DNA of 64,000 nt from Cyanophora paradoxa CCMP329. Taxonomy: Eukaryota > Plantae > Glaucophyta. The translations under genes and the position numbers were made by a program. Location: assembly GCA_004431415.1 (NCBI GenBank), contig QPMI01000059.1, positions 248,001 through 312,000 of the forward strand, given 5' to 3'. The notes below the pieces were generated by a model, which was given only the letters and a program-made list of their open reading frames with translations, was not told where the DNA came from and ran no database searches. Below, one piece after another: positions 34,425-47,094 of the stretch; position 1 is the stretch's first letter, and each line of letters opens with the position of its first letter.

Positions 34425-36602
34425 TCAGAAGCGGCTGGTGTCTGCAATCCAGGGCCGAAGGCGGGGCTTAAGAATGTAACAATCACGAGCACTGCGAGAT
34501 TAAAGCGCACCGCCGAAGCTGCGCTCTCCGCTGTACGTTCCGAACCCGCCGTAGCGCTGGCCACCCTGCTGCTGCTGATTCTGCCAGTCCTGATCTGCGC
34601 GCACAAGCAAGCGAAATCTTGTAAGACACAAGCTCGATTATCACACGCCTCCCCTTCTTAAATTTTCTATGAAGTTGCAGGCGCGCACCGCCGAACCGCT
34701 GCCCCCCGAAGGACTGGCCCTTCCCCTCGCGGTCCCCCTGCAGACCTGCTCACGCCCAATAAGAACGAACACGCGAATTCGAGATATGTATGAATTTGCG
34801 CGCGCGAGCTTGCAGCTTTGATTTTCGCACCATAGCGCTCCTGGCCGCCGTAGCCGCCGTAGCCGCCGCCTGCGCATACAGAGCGAGAAGATCGATCGCT
34901 ATATAGCTATGCATGACCGTGTGGCCAGCGATGCGAATATTATATAATTAATTCAACTCATTTACCGAAGCGGTCCTGCCCGTAGCGGCCCTGGCCGTAG
35001 GGCTGGTTCTGCCAGTCCTGACCTGCGTGAACTTTTAGTGGGCGCTTTAATTTGAAAAACTGCAGTGAATTCGAAGCATCTTAAGTAGAAAATATATGCA
35101 CTATTTAGGTATAGATCTAGATTTTAAATAGGAGCGACTCCTGTTTCGCTCTGGATTGAAATGCGGTTTTGCGTGCGCACCGAAGCGCTGGCCGCCTTGC
35201 TGCTGCTGCTGCCACGGCTGGTTCTGCCAGTCCTGACCTGCAAAACTTTGAAACAATTGTACACATACAAGCGCGCATAATATTAATTGTAATAATATCG
35301 ACCAGCTCCAGATCGATATTAATCAAGTACTAATACTGAGGGCGCCGGCGCCGAGTACTAATCGGCGCACCGAAGCGCTCCCGCTCACCGAAGCGCTGCT
35401 GGAAGTCCTGCCCGTAGCCTGCGCAGGCGCAGAATGAACAGGAAACGCGCTTTCAACAATGCTAGCGCTGGACGAATCTTAAGCCTTCGCGATATATATA
35501 AAGTCACAGGTCGACTTTCCCATCGGAAATATAATTATGAAGTCAAAGCCGCACGAGCGCATATATAGCGCACCGGTACGCTGGAAGTCCTGTCCCCCAA
35601 AGCCACCTGAGCCGCGGCCGTGCAGATCAGTTTTCGAGTTCGGCGGATCCGGATCGTTTCCTAAGCCGCGGCCTAAGCCTAAGCCATTTTCTAAGCCGCG
35701 GCCGTCCGGCCTAAGCCTAATCCGGATCGAATTCAGCTTCCTAAGGCGCGGCCGTGCAGATCAGTTTCGAATTCAAATTCGGCGGATCCGTATCGTTTCT
35801 GGAGATCGCAAAGCAATGATTTCAGGGATTCAAATTTCGCACCGTACCGCTCCTGACCGCCGTAGCCGCCTCCTGCAGATCGATGTTCAGGATCAGTTTC
35901 GCGGTGCGAGATTCCCTGCAGCTGTCTGTGCATGCAGCCATGCAGTTATCTTTATAATTAATTATAATTATGAGCACCGAAGCGGTCCTGGTTGAAGCGG
36001 CCCTGCTGCTGCAGGTTCTGCCAGTCCTGACCTGCACGAAAATTGATCGTAAATAGAAGAGTACGTTTACTCGCTTTCAGACTCGGGAAATTTTAGGGCT
36101 CGAGTTCGATTCAGAGCGCGCCACCGAAGCGGTCGCGGTCGCCGTAGCGCTGGAAGTCCTGCTGCCCGAAGCCGCCCTGGTCGCCGCGGCCTGCCGCGCA
36201 CGCGGGGTCGAACGGCGGGCACCGCACGCGCTCCGGGCCCTTCTCCCCTGCGCGGATTCGATCACGAATCGAAGCGCCCGCATGCGCAGTTGACATCGAT
36301 ATCGCAATCGAGGACACGGGAGACAGCGCGGGAGAAGCGCGCTCGAGCTCGCGATCGGTAGAGGCCTAGAGGGAGAGGGCACGGGAGACAGCGCGGGAGA
36401 AGCGCGCACCGACCCCGGACGGACCGTAGTTCGAAGTGCCTGCGCGAGAGCGAGATCGATCAACCGCGGCGTCGTTCAGAGGCGTCGGTCGAGAAATCGA
36501 ATTTTCCGCATGGGTCCGAACCGAACTGCGATCGAACTGCGTCAATACGGATCACAAGAGCAGCGCGCGCGTCGACGCTCGAGCCTCGGAGCGCACAGAC
36601 AT
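34425..36602 (-). CDS. Micro-exon-encoded Gly/Gln/Arg/Phe/Tyr-rich low-complexity (prion-like) protein, ~185 aa, ~15 exons
   Basis: Starts at GCCACC-ATG (36602). Exons with canonical cag/gt sites give MS|F|GTSNY|GEKGPER|GGFGQQDFQRYGDRDRF|GQDWQNLQQQGRFNQDRF|GGGYGGQERY|GGFGGQDFQRT|GYGQDFQQRF|GQDWQNQPWQQQQQGGQRF|GQDWQNQPYGQGRYGQDRF|GGGYGGYGGQERY|GLQGDREGKGQSFGGQRFG|DQDWQNQQQQGGQRYGGFGTYSGERSFG|DTSRF-TGA. Confidence 0.8.
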
Positions 36603-37366
36603 GGTGGCGGAGATTTGATCGGGTGCACGTGCGAGCGAGGCCCTGAGGCGAACTGGAAATGGAGTGCGGTCGAAGAGTCCGAATTCGCCACACCCGAGAG
36701 CTCGAGGGGAGATAAGCTCGAGGGGAGATCTCAGAATCTAGAGCTAGAGGAATCGCGAGCAGGCCATGAGCTCATTTCATCGGATGTTTGAAATTTGAGA
36801 AGACCTACAGCCTTTGAGAAGACCTAAGAAGGAGGAGCACAGCTAGCTAGATAGCCTAGTAGACTGCAAATTTCGCAAGATCTAAATCGAGCCTGATCAT
36901 GACCATGAGCCGAGCCGAGGCGCCCCGCCCCCTTCGATCGCGAGCTCCTCCCCTCCCCTCCCTCCCCCCTCCCCCTCCCCTCTCCGCCCCCCCCCCCCCC
37001 CCCCCCCCACGCCCCCCACCCCTGCAGGCGACTTTGGATCCTGGGAGGAAGACAAATTCACTGACTAGTACTGGAAACCGGATCATACTATGGCTATGTA
37101 AATTAAAACAACCCAACAACGATTCCATTATATATAACTAGAGTTGCGAGATAGCCGGCGAGCCTGCGCATGTGAGCCTAGAGAATACTGCGACATGCAT
37201 ATGTGCACCGGTATACTATGATAGCTAGAAGCCTCAAAGCAAAGAAAGCCTAAAAGATAGTTCAAGGTAGAGCCGCTGAGCATTATGGCATAAATTAAAC
37301 CTACGATGGCCACGATGCTGATCCGATACTAATCAGCCGGCGCCCGCGGCGGCCCCGGACTCGCGG

Positions 37367-39702
37367 TCACGCGCCGTGGTCGCCCCGGCGGCCCGGGCGC
37401 GCGCCCCGGGCCAGCTGCAGCCGCCTGGGACGTCGACGGTCTAGAGTTGATAAGAACACCGAGCTCGAGTGCCACGGTGCAAGCAAAGCCAAGCGTGCCG
37501 GGCACATCCTATAGCTAGCTAGCCTCAACTCTTCCGCCACACCTAAGCCACCTTGGGCTATCTCTCCACGCGGTTCCATGCCGTCGTCGCCCCGGCGGCC
37601 CGCGCGTGCGTGCGGCTGCGCCATCGCATCGCCAGCATCGCCGCGCGCGTCGTCGCCCTGCCGCAGAAACAGGACCGGATCCGGATCAGTTGCATGGAAG
37701 AACAGCACCAGGCCAGTAAATGCTTCTAGCATTGTTTTAGTCTCTCTTTCGAAATTCTCTCATTTGAATTATAAGTAAGAGCCCGCGGCCGGCCCGGCGG
37801 CCCGCTCGCGCATGCGCACCTGTACGCGCGCTTGCGGCTGTAGGACGAGAAGGCGAGCGAGGCGGCGAGGACGGCCAGCGACGCGCCGCAGATCCCGAAC
37901 GCGACGTACGCCGACTGCCTCGGCGAATCAGTGAGGCGTACGTACACACAAATCGAAGGCTCATGATCGTGAGTGATCGATCACCTCGGCCCCCGGGCCG
38001 CCCTTCAGGAGCGGGGTCGCGATGGCGAGGACGAGGAAGAGCAGATTGAGGGCGACGCCCCCGAGGCCGCCCTGGACGGAACGTTAACCAAATCAATCCC
38101 AAATTTGAGCGCAATGGAGGCTCATGATCAGCTTCCTGGACTACATTCTTGTTAACGAGATTGGAGGATTAGAACGTTAACCAAATCAATTCCACGAGGC
38201 TAGTCACTAACATTCCTGGACTTCCTGGAAGCTGAGACACGAGGCTTAGGAAATGCGCAAGCCCCCGTAATTATATAAGAGCTTATAAAGCCCAGAAATC
38301 ATTAGCTCAAATTCAAATTCATGCGCGCGCGCGCGTGCGCACCCATCCGTTGCGCTAACGCTTCACGCTAAAGCTTCACGTTTCATTTAGAGCTAAAGCT
38401 TCACGGTTCATTTAGAGCTCATTCGCATACAGCTTAAGCTTCAAGCGCGGGCGCACCCATCCGTTGCGGAGGGCGCTGAAGCCGGGCTTGCCGTACGTCG
38501 CCGCGAAGTTCGCGAGGCACCCCAGGCAGTCTGCCGGGGCGGGGTGGCCATGGGTCAGCAAAGTGAACGTCAACTACGCGCTCCAGCGAGTGACGGCGCC
38601 TGGGGCTAGCGCTGCGGCGGCTCCCCGGTCTTCGGTAGGGATGCTAAATGAAACGCGCCGTCTCCAAGAAAACGGAGGCTCTTAACTTGAGCTTATAATA
38701 TTTAGCTTCAGATCTAGAACATTAGAAGCTCAAGAAAGAGTGGAAAGGGGCGCGCGCACAGAGGAGGAAAGTGCCGTAGTTGGCACCTTAGCTCAGCTCT
38801 AGCGGAAGCTTCTCTTTAATTTATGCTTGATTATAAGTTCACACGCAAAAAGCTTCGCGCTTAGCTCTAGATTATTGGAAGAAGCAAGAAAGGAGGAAAG
38901 TGCCGTAGATGGAGACTTAGCTTCAGAGGAGGCGCACTCGGTGCCATACGACGTTGTCTCTCTATAGCTAAGCTCTCTTTAAAGATATACATGAAAGACA
39001 CTTTAAGGTGGATGTTTGACGGATGATTTAGCTTGCTCGCTTCGATTCGGGCTCGGGGCGCACAGAGCAGGAAATTGAAGTGCCTTAGCTTGAGCTTAAC
39101 TTGAGCTTAACTTTAGAAAGAGTGGAAACGTTTAACGGGCGCACAGAGGAGGAAGGTGCCGAAGATGGAGACGCTCGTCAGGGCCCCCGCCACCACCGGC
39201 TGCGCGAACGCACATAAAATGAGATCGAAGCGAAGGCCGAGGGCGGGGCGCAGCGGCGCGCTCGCTCGTTCTGGCTCCACCCCCGCCCCGCCCCGCCCCG
39301 CTCCGCCAGTGTTGACAGGCCCAAAGATCTAGGAGGGCCCCGCAGCTAGCCCTCCGCCTCTAGGCCGAGAGGCCGAGAGCTAGCTCCCCGCCAATCCCCC
39401 AGAGGGCTCTACAGCTAGGCCCCCGCCTTATCTCTAGCCCCTCATGATCATGATCACCCCCGCAGCTAGCCCCCCGCCACACCCGCCCCCTCCCTCCGCC
39501 TCGGGCGCACGTAGGCGAGGCCGAGGAGGGCGAGGGCGGCGGAGACGGCGGTGCAGAGGTAGATCGCCTTTTCCGGCGTCCCTGCGAGGCGGGCGGCGGA
39601 TCGGAGTAAGGACCGGCTTAGGGCGGCGGAGTTAGGCCGGGGGCTAGCTTTATAGCTAGCTAGCTGTAGGACGGGGCGGGGCGGAGCGGGGCGGGGGCAG
39701 GT

Positions 39703-39736
<34 letters not shown>

Positions 39737-42443
39737 CGGGGCGGGGCGGGGGCGGACCGTAGGAGGGGTGGAGGGAGCGGAAGAGGGCGGGGAGGCTCCC
39801 CTCCACCCCCGCCTGGTACGTCAGCTGCGCCCCGGGTATACATCAGCCGTTCAGACTCGTTTGGCATTCGAGTAGATAAATAGATAGATCAGATAGATAG
39901 AGTACGTCAGCTGCGCCCCGTATATACATCAGCGCTGGCTGTCTGGACGCTTAAGCTGAAGCGGAAGCTTAATCATCAATTCAACGTTGCGATTGGCTTT
40001 TAAGCATAGACAGAAAGATTAGATACGGTACGTCAGCTGCCCCGCTGCGCCCCGCATCATGATCAGCCGTTCAGACTCGATTGGCATGCCAGTAGATAGA
40101 TAGATAGATTAGATCCGTCAGCCTCTAGCCCCTGTGGGTCGGGGTAGTTAGATAGATAGATAGATAGATAGATAGATCAGACCCGGTACGTCGGCTGCAC
40201 CGCGCCCTCCAGCTAGCCCTAGTGCCACTTATACCCCTTCTCCACACGAAAGGCCTCGAGCTCGTTGGGGGAGGGGGGGAAGGGGGGTAGATGCCCTTAG
40301 ATCCTTTTTGGAGAGGGGTACCTTGACGCCGGCGTTGACGGAGGAGACGTAGGAGCCGTTGCCGCCCCCGCCGCCGCCGCCCCCGCCAGCGCCCCGTCCG
40401 CGCTCCGCACCCGCCCCGAGAGCGCCAGCTGCGAACGTAGGAGGAGTAGTCAACGTTGTAGCAGCGGGTTATATTTAGATTAGAGATGTTGGGGGTACGC
40501 GCGCACCTTGGCGGAGGAGTAGGAGAGGGCGTAGAGGACGATGGGGTACAGCAGCGAAACGTAGATGCCTGCGTGGGGGGGGGGAGTAGGGAGGGAGGGG
40601 GGTACGGTGCTCAGAAGCGTGGACGCATATACTGGCCGGAAAGCGGGTGCGGGGAGAGGGAGAGGCGCCCAGTAAGAATGAAGCGAGGGATTTAGATCCC
40701 TCGCGGGTGTGGCGGAGGCGCTAGGCGTGCTCCCGTTCTAGAAGCGGCGGCGTCAGAGCGAGGGAGCCCGGATCCGGCCCCGGGCCCTAGGCCAACCTGG
40801 CCGGAACTTCGGAATGCGAAGCGGGTGCGGGGAGAGATAGAGGCGCCCAGCGCTCCTAGAGGGGCCCGGGCCCTTCCCTAGGCCGCAGACCCTGTACCCC
40901 CCGCAGAGCGAGGAAGCCGGGATCCGGCCCGGCCGAGCCCCAGGCCAACTCCTTAACCCGACCGCTGGACCCTGCGTCCTCTCCCCCCGCCTCCACCCCC
41001 CCCCCAAAAAAGGAGGCGGGTGTACCCCTGGGGATGTGGCGGCGGACGTCGATCGTGTCGGGGGCGAAGTTCACGGCGGATTCGAACCCGATGTAGATCA
41101 CGATCGCCAGCGTCACCTGAGCGCGGGTGAGCGCGAGTGACCCCCCCCCCCCGCCCGGAGCCGCTCAGATGAGCCCGCCCGGAGCCGCTCGGAACGGGGC
41201 CTCTCTAAGAATTCAGGCACGAGCCGGGCGTCTATGGGGCCCCCACACGACAGTCCGCGTGCGCGCGCGCTAGGACGCCCGCTCGCGGACCCTGGCCCCT
41301 TCTAAATGGGCCATGAAATATATTGCGCCGTCCCCTAGTTATTATAAGGGGCAGGCACCTGGGAGAGGAACGCGGATATCGATGCGGACAGGAGGATATA
41401 CATAGATGTTGGATAGATGTTGGAAAGTATACTGCGCCGTGCCTAGTTATAAGGGACAGGCACCGCAAGTCACTAGTTCAAAGGGTTTTCTAACAAAGTA
41501 GCAAGATTTCAAGCACGATAGTAGAAATGTACAGCGCCGTCGCTAGTTATTTGTTAAGGGGGCTGGGCCTCTCTGGCTGGGCCCGGCGGCCTCTCTAGAG
41601 ATCGCTGTAGATCCCTTGGGGCGCCCCTAGTGGACCCCCTTCTGACCGTCCGGCACACGGACCCTGGACCCCCTAAATGGGCCATGAAATATACTGCGCC
41701 GCCCCTAGTTATTGTAAGGGGCAGGCACCTGGGAAAGGAAAGCCGAGGCGGACGTGGGGGCGAAGGTCGACGAGGCGGTCGCCGCCCACTCCTCCGGCCC
41801 CAGGCCCCGCGGGTTCACGATCCGGTACTAAAAATAGATCGTTGGCGAGGGTACAGGGGAGGACGCGGGGGGGGGGGGAGTGAGGGGATACGCGCACGAG
41901 GAAGGCCATGATGGAGAAGAGGAGGATGGCGACGACCTGAGAGGGGGGGGTACAGTCGGAGGAGGAAGGGGCGGGGGGAGGGGAGGGAGGGAGGGGTACC
42001 TGGATGGCCACGATGCCGAGGTTGAAGTCGGAGGAGAATCGCGTACCCGCCACGCAGACGGCCGCCGCGGCCAGGGCCACAGCAATCGCGAACCCCATCT
42101 GCAGGCTCAAGGACGCCTGAGGGGGTACCGGAATGAGCCACTGGCCATGGGTAGCGCAGCGGGGTACGGGCCTGGATCCTGAAGCCCGTGGAGAGAAGGT
42201 ACCCCATGTTCGAGGCGATCGGGGCGAGGACGCTGCTGGGGTACACCTGCTCGGGGCGGGCGTCAGACAGAGCGGGCGGGGGTACTTGAAACGGCGGCGG
42301 GGGGGTACCCAGTAGAGGAGAAAGCCGCCGTAGAAGGCCCCAAGCTGGAGGGGCCTCGCGAAGCGGCGGATGAGGGGTATCTTGCTGCTCTCGAACGCGG
42401 CCTGTACCCCCCTCGTCGAACGGGAGCGACGGCGGAGACGTGA

Positions 42444-42479
<36 letters not shown>

Positions 42480-43090
42480 GCTCGCCTCGCAGTAGTCGTA
42501 GATGCCGCCCAGGCGGGGGTACCTGTTTCGCCCCTTTAGGCGCCGGGAAGCTCGCAGGAGGGGGCGGAGTGAGGGGGTAGGGGGGTACCGGACGGCGAGG
42601 GTGGAGAAAGAGAGGGCGGTGAGGTACGTGATTATGCCGGAGGCGACCACTCCGATCCTGCGCCAGCTCAGAGAGGGGTACAGGCGCGCCGTACAGGGGG
42701 GGTAGAGGTGCTCGCCACATGTCGGACCACGTCGGGTTGCCGTAGAAGTCCGTCGCCGAGATTTGAAGCGCGAGCGTACTCCAGAAAAGTCCGAGGGGGG
42801 CCTGCGCATGCGGCGCGGCGGGAGCGGCGGCGGGGACGGCGGCGGGTCAGAGCGGGCGCGCGTGTGAGGCCGGGTGCGCTAGCTGGTCCGCCCGTCCAAG
42901 CTGGACGATCGCGCACCATAAAAGCGACCTGAGGAGAATGCGGTGCATGAGTTTAGAGCATCGGGAGAAAGCAAGCGCGCGAGGGCGCGGCGCCGGCGCA
43001 CCATCTTTGGAGCCGCGGAGGGCGGATCGGATTTCGATCGGAGCGTTAGCTACGCGAGCGGCGCAGGTGAGGGGCCATACACACGTTCAT
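37367..43090 (-). CDS. APC-superfamily amino acid/polyamine permease
   Basis: Hydrophobic exons include YLTALSFSTLAVR|YPRLGGIYDYCE|AAF, IVIYIGFESAVNFAPDTIDVRRHIPR (TM6 GFE motif), GTPEKAIYLC and ALTSVSIFGTFLL. Both ends are uncertain. Confidence 0.8.
37443..37567. mobile_element. Truncated copy of the dispersed MITE-like repeat
   Basis: Colinear with 2773-2873 and carries the same ccgccacacctaagccacctt.ggctat.tctcc terminus. Confidence 0.55.
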
Positions 43091-43507
43091 GGTGATGTCG
43101 TTCGCCTCCTGCGGAGCGCGTGAGCTCGGCGGCTCGCGCGGGAAAGACACTCGGCGTTCTCGCACCAGGTACCGCTTCTGCCTGTCCTCCCCCTTTGCGC
43201 CGCCTGCGCTCGCCATTCTGTCCTACAGTCTACAGATTGACGGCTAGCTAAACTGCGCGCCCGCGGCCGGTCCCGCAGATCCAGAACCGGCGCCTCCCGC
43301 GCGCGAGGCACGCAGCGCGTCGGGTCCGGCTGCCCTTGAACTGCTGCTGTGGCTCCGCCGGCGGGCGCGCCGGGCTGTGCTGCTCTTGCCCCAGCTTTGA
43401 CACGGGTAGAGGGGTACAGTCGCAACAAGGCGCTCCGTATCGCTCTCGCATCTTTCAAGCTGGATCGGCACAACAAGAAGAGCGGCCGCAGGGATCCACC
43501 GCCGCCG

Positions 43508-44635
43508 ATGTTCGCGGCGCCGGGCTTCGCCCGGGCGGCGTCCGCCCTGCGCTTCGTGGCGGCGCCGCCAGCTGCCACCATCATTGGGCCAGCCGCGGCG
43601 GGCGTCCGCGTGCGCGTCGCACCTTTCGGCAATCAGAACAACAATCGCCGGGAGCCGCCGCGGCCGAGCGGGAGCCCGCAGCGGCCCAGAGAGAGACAGA
43701 CTTCGTGGTCAGGTTCGACCCTCTTCGGCATTGCAGCGATCGCCAGCAGCGTCGCGATCTTTGGATCTTCCTTGTACACGGCCTTCGCGGACGCCGCCGC
43801 ACGCGGCCTTTCTGCCGTCGCCGGCCCGGCGCGGGAGGCGCACATCTCGTATGACGTGCTCCGTAGCGCTGGCGACGGCCGGTGCCTCTTCCGCTCGGTG
43901 CGTAAACCGCTGGAAGCCTGCGAGCGGCTCTGCGCTGACGCACGCGGACCGCAGATCGTCCAGGGCAGGGCGTTCGCTCGCGGGGACCGCCTGACCCTCG
44001 ACGCGGAGACCAAGGAGGCCGACCAGCTGCGGAAACAGATATGCGATGCATTCCCGAGCTACAGGGAACAGTTCGAGGTGCGCGCTCCTGCCGCCGCCCG
44101 CGTCTGTCTCTGAACGAGTGATTGCTCGGCAGCTTTTCGGCGCTCTGCAGCCTGGCACGATGGACGCTTACTTGAAAAGACTCGCCAATCCAGCATTCTG
44201 GGGTCTGAGTCCCGACTCGCACGCGCCGCGCCGCAGATTTGATCGAGATTTGATCGCAGGCGGCGAGCTCGAGATGCTCATCGCTGCCGACCTTCTTAAG
44301 CTGCCCATCTTCGTGTACTTGTCCGACCGGACCGGTTACTACGCCATACAAAAGCGCGCCATTTTCGAATTTGATCCCGCGGTCCATCCGTCTCGCCGTG
44401 CTGACGCGTTTGGGCCGTGGCGCCGGCGCAGGTACGGCGAGCAGTACACGAAGTCAGACGCCATTCGGGTGCGCGCGCAGCTCCTGTCGTCCTCTTCCGC
44501 CAGCGGCGCCGCCGTCCTTCTCTCTGACTCGCCCCTGTCGTCTTTGCGCGGCCGCAGCTGCTGTACAATGGCTCTACGCACTACGATCTCCTCCTGCCAC
44601 GCGCCGGCTCGCCCCCTGCGAGCCGCGAGGAGTGA
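43508..44635 (+). CDS. OTU-domain cysteine protease/deubiquitinase with an organelle transit-peptide-like N-terminus
   Basis: Catalytic motifs GDGRCLFRS, WG|GELE and LLYNGSTHYDLL. The leader MFAAPGFARAASALRFV is Ala/Arg/Ser-rich and poor in acidic residues. Confidence 0.9.
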
Positions 44636-44974
44636 TCATAAGCGACGCTTCCGGGTCGGCCGCGTTGTTGTAGTTGTACGTATACTATATTCAAGCTCAC
44701 GATGCTTGATTGACATTCAAGCTGAAGCTAATCATAAAGCTTGCTCTACATTCATGATCACGGTCATGCTCAACCTTGTACCTGAACTGAAAGACGCGCG
44801 ACTAGCTAAGCCCTACCACTCGCGCGCTGGGTCGCCGCAGCCGCACGACGCTATCTGATTATGTAAGCATTGAAATTGATAGAAGCGAAGAAGCAAGATA
44901 GGTTTCAAAGCGGAAAGGAAAGCGAAGATTCGAAGGAAAGTAATGAAGAGGTGTAGGAAAACTAGCTAGTTGGG

Positions 44975-46893
44975 CTACTCGTCGGGCTTGCGAGACCCGA
45001 CGCGAATCTCAGAGGCCACAGAAGCGAAGGTGCTCGCCAGGGGATCGTAGGCGCTCCTTAGAAGCCTCGGGAGCGAAGCGGCCGCCTCGAGCAGGCGGGA
45101 GGGGTACAGGGCGGAAGGGGGGGACGTGGCGGCTTGCTTGGCCTGGAGCGCCGGCGCTGGCGAGGGCGCCTCTGCGCGGCTCGGGAGGTCGACGGGTACG
45201 GGGCTCTCGAAGCGGGCGTGCGGGAGGAGGGGTACGCGCTGCGACGAGAGGAAGTCGCCCTGCGGGGGTACCGGCACCTTCAGATTCGAAAAGTCGATTC
45301 AGAAACAAAGACAGGGCACGCACGGGGCAGTACTTTGAGGCGACCGGCCAGTGGGGCCGCAGGACGCCCATCCGCTGGTAGGCCACTGGGGGGGGGGGTA
45401 CGGTAAGAGAGATCGAAAGGAGATAAAAATAGAACGAGAGCCAAAAATAGGCGCACGGGCGACGAGCTCGGAGCAGAGGAGCGCGTGCTCCTCTATCTTC
45501 TCTTCCCCCGCCACCCGAACCGTCCTGGGGAGGTACGTAAGCCTCCGGGAGGGGTAGGGGACTGCGGATGGGGGGGGGGGGACGAAGGCACCTGAGGTGC
45601 TGGAGGGTCTCCTTGGGGCAGTTGCGGCGCTCCTGGGGGGTACAAGAAAGCCGCTCGGAAAGGCACGCGGCGGAATTCGAACGCGGGTTCGCGCACCTGG
45701 GCGAGGCTGATCAGCCCGTAGTCCCGGTGGGCCGCGTCCAGGGGGGTAGAGGAAATCGGGGCGTCCGGCTCGATGTGCCCCAGGGCCCTCTCCAACCGCT
45801 CGATCCGCGCAGCCTGCGGCGAAGAGGGTCGGGGGTGGGTGGAGAAGCGGGAGGGGGGTACGTGTACCTTCAGCCGCTCGTTGGGGAGCCGCAGCCAGAC
45901 ACAGAGAAGGTCCCACGGGTGTTTGTTGTACGGCTTGTCGCGAACCTCCGCAAGGAACTCGTCCAGCGCTCTCGCGACGTCCTGTACTCCCTTTAGGGGG
46001 GTATGGCATCGAGGGGATTGAATAGGATGGGTACCCCGGTGCGCTCGAAGGAGATGGGGCGTACGGCGACCTCGCGGGACCGGTACGAGGCCACGCGACT
46101 GCCGAACGGGAAGAGATGTACCCCCTTGGCTGCGGAAACGAGGGGGGGGTAAAGGAATGCTTGCGATTTAGAGTAGGCCAACAAGAAGCCGCACCTGTGG
46201 CTTCGAGGACGAAAGGCTCGCAGCGACCGTCGCAGGAGCCAGTGGCACAGGAGCACACTTCGAAGCGGCCGGCGATCGGCGGGGGGTCCCTCGCGCGCTG
46301 CGGCGCGTTGGGTCGGCGGTGGTAAACAGCGAAGGCAACCGCGTGCGCGCCGCACCGCCTGCGCATCCGCAGAGCCCGCCGCCGGTTCGTCAAGGGCTCT
46401 CCCGCGCACCACTAGTCCGATGTGGTCCCTGCGCACAAGGCTCGAAACGTCGCACGAGGCGCCTGCGGGCGGCTGCGCACCAGCGCGACGTCCACGTCTT
46501 CACGACGTGGATCTGGGCTATTAGGCGCCAGTTGCGGTAGCGGCTCGTGTCGCTGTCGTAGAGAACGAGGTCGCCCTGAACCCGAGCGTGAGCCGCGGGC
46601 CAGCGCTGGAGCGCCGCGGAATGCGCCGCATTCCGGCGCAGCTAACGGCAGAAGCGGGGGCTGCGGCCCGGCGCTCGCAGTGCGCGCGGCCCGGGTAAGG
46701 GCGTGATGCCCGGCCCATCGGAATCTAGCCGCGCCCCGCGCACCGTCTGTACGCGGCGGCCGGCCGAGGCCACATCGACCGTCGAGGCCACGCCCCGCTT
46801 CGGTTCCTCAAGGTCAGAGTTGTTAGGAAGCGTGGCAGCGACGAGGCCGACCGCGGCCGCGAGGCCGACACGGAGGCCGCGGCCACGGCCCAT
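44975..46893 (-). CDS. Permuted papain-like NlpC/P60 (YiiX/YaeF-type) cysteine hydrolase
   Basis: Exons give GDLVLY..TSRW|DHIGLV (catalytic His), FVLEAT, GVHLFPFGSRVASY..VAVRPI and LLCSELVA..AYQRMGVL..SKYCP|GDF (catalytic Cys downstream of His). There is a hydrophobic N-terminal segment. Confidence 0.8.
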
Positions 46894-47094
46894 TGCCTGA
46901 GGCGCCTGTAGGCACCACGCGAGCTCGTCACAGTGGCAGCGGTCCCGCAGGGGCGGTCGCTTCGGCGCGGGCAGCAGCTGGTCTGGGGTACAGCAACTCT
47001 AACGTCAACACATCGCGCAAACAAAGCGGAGAGCGCCGTAGGTCCCCGGCTTCTTCTGACATCGTGTTCGAGCTCGGGAGGCGTGCCCCCAGTC

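Noticed and set aside
34425-36602. RFamide/RYamide neuropeptide-like precursor
   Set aside because: Many RF-G/RY-G motifs are present, but there is no signal peptide and no basic cleavage residue after the Gly.
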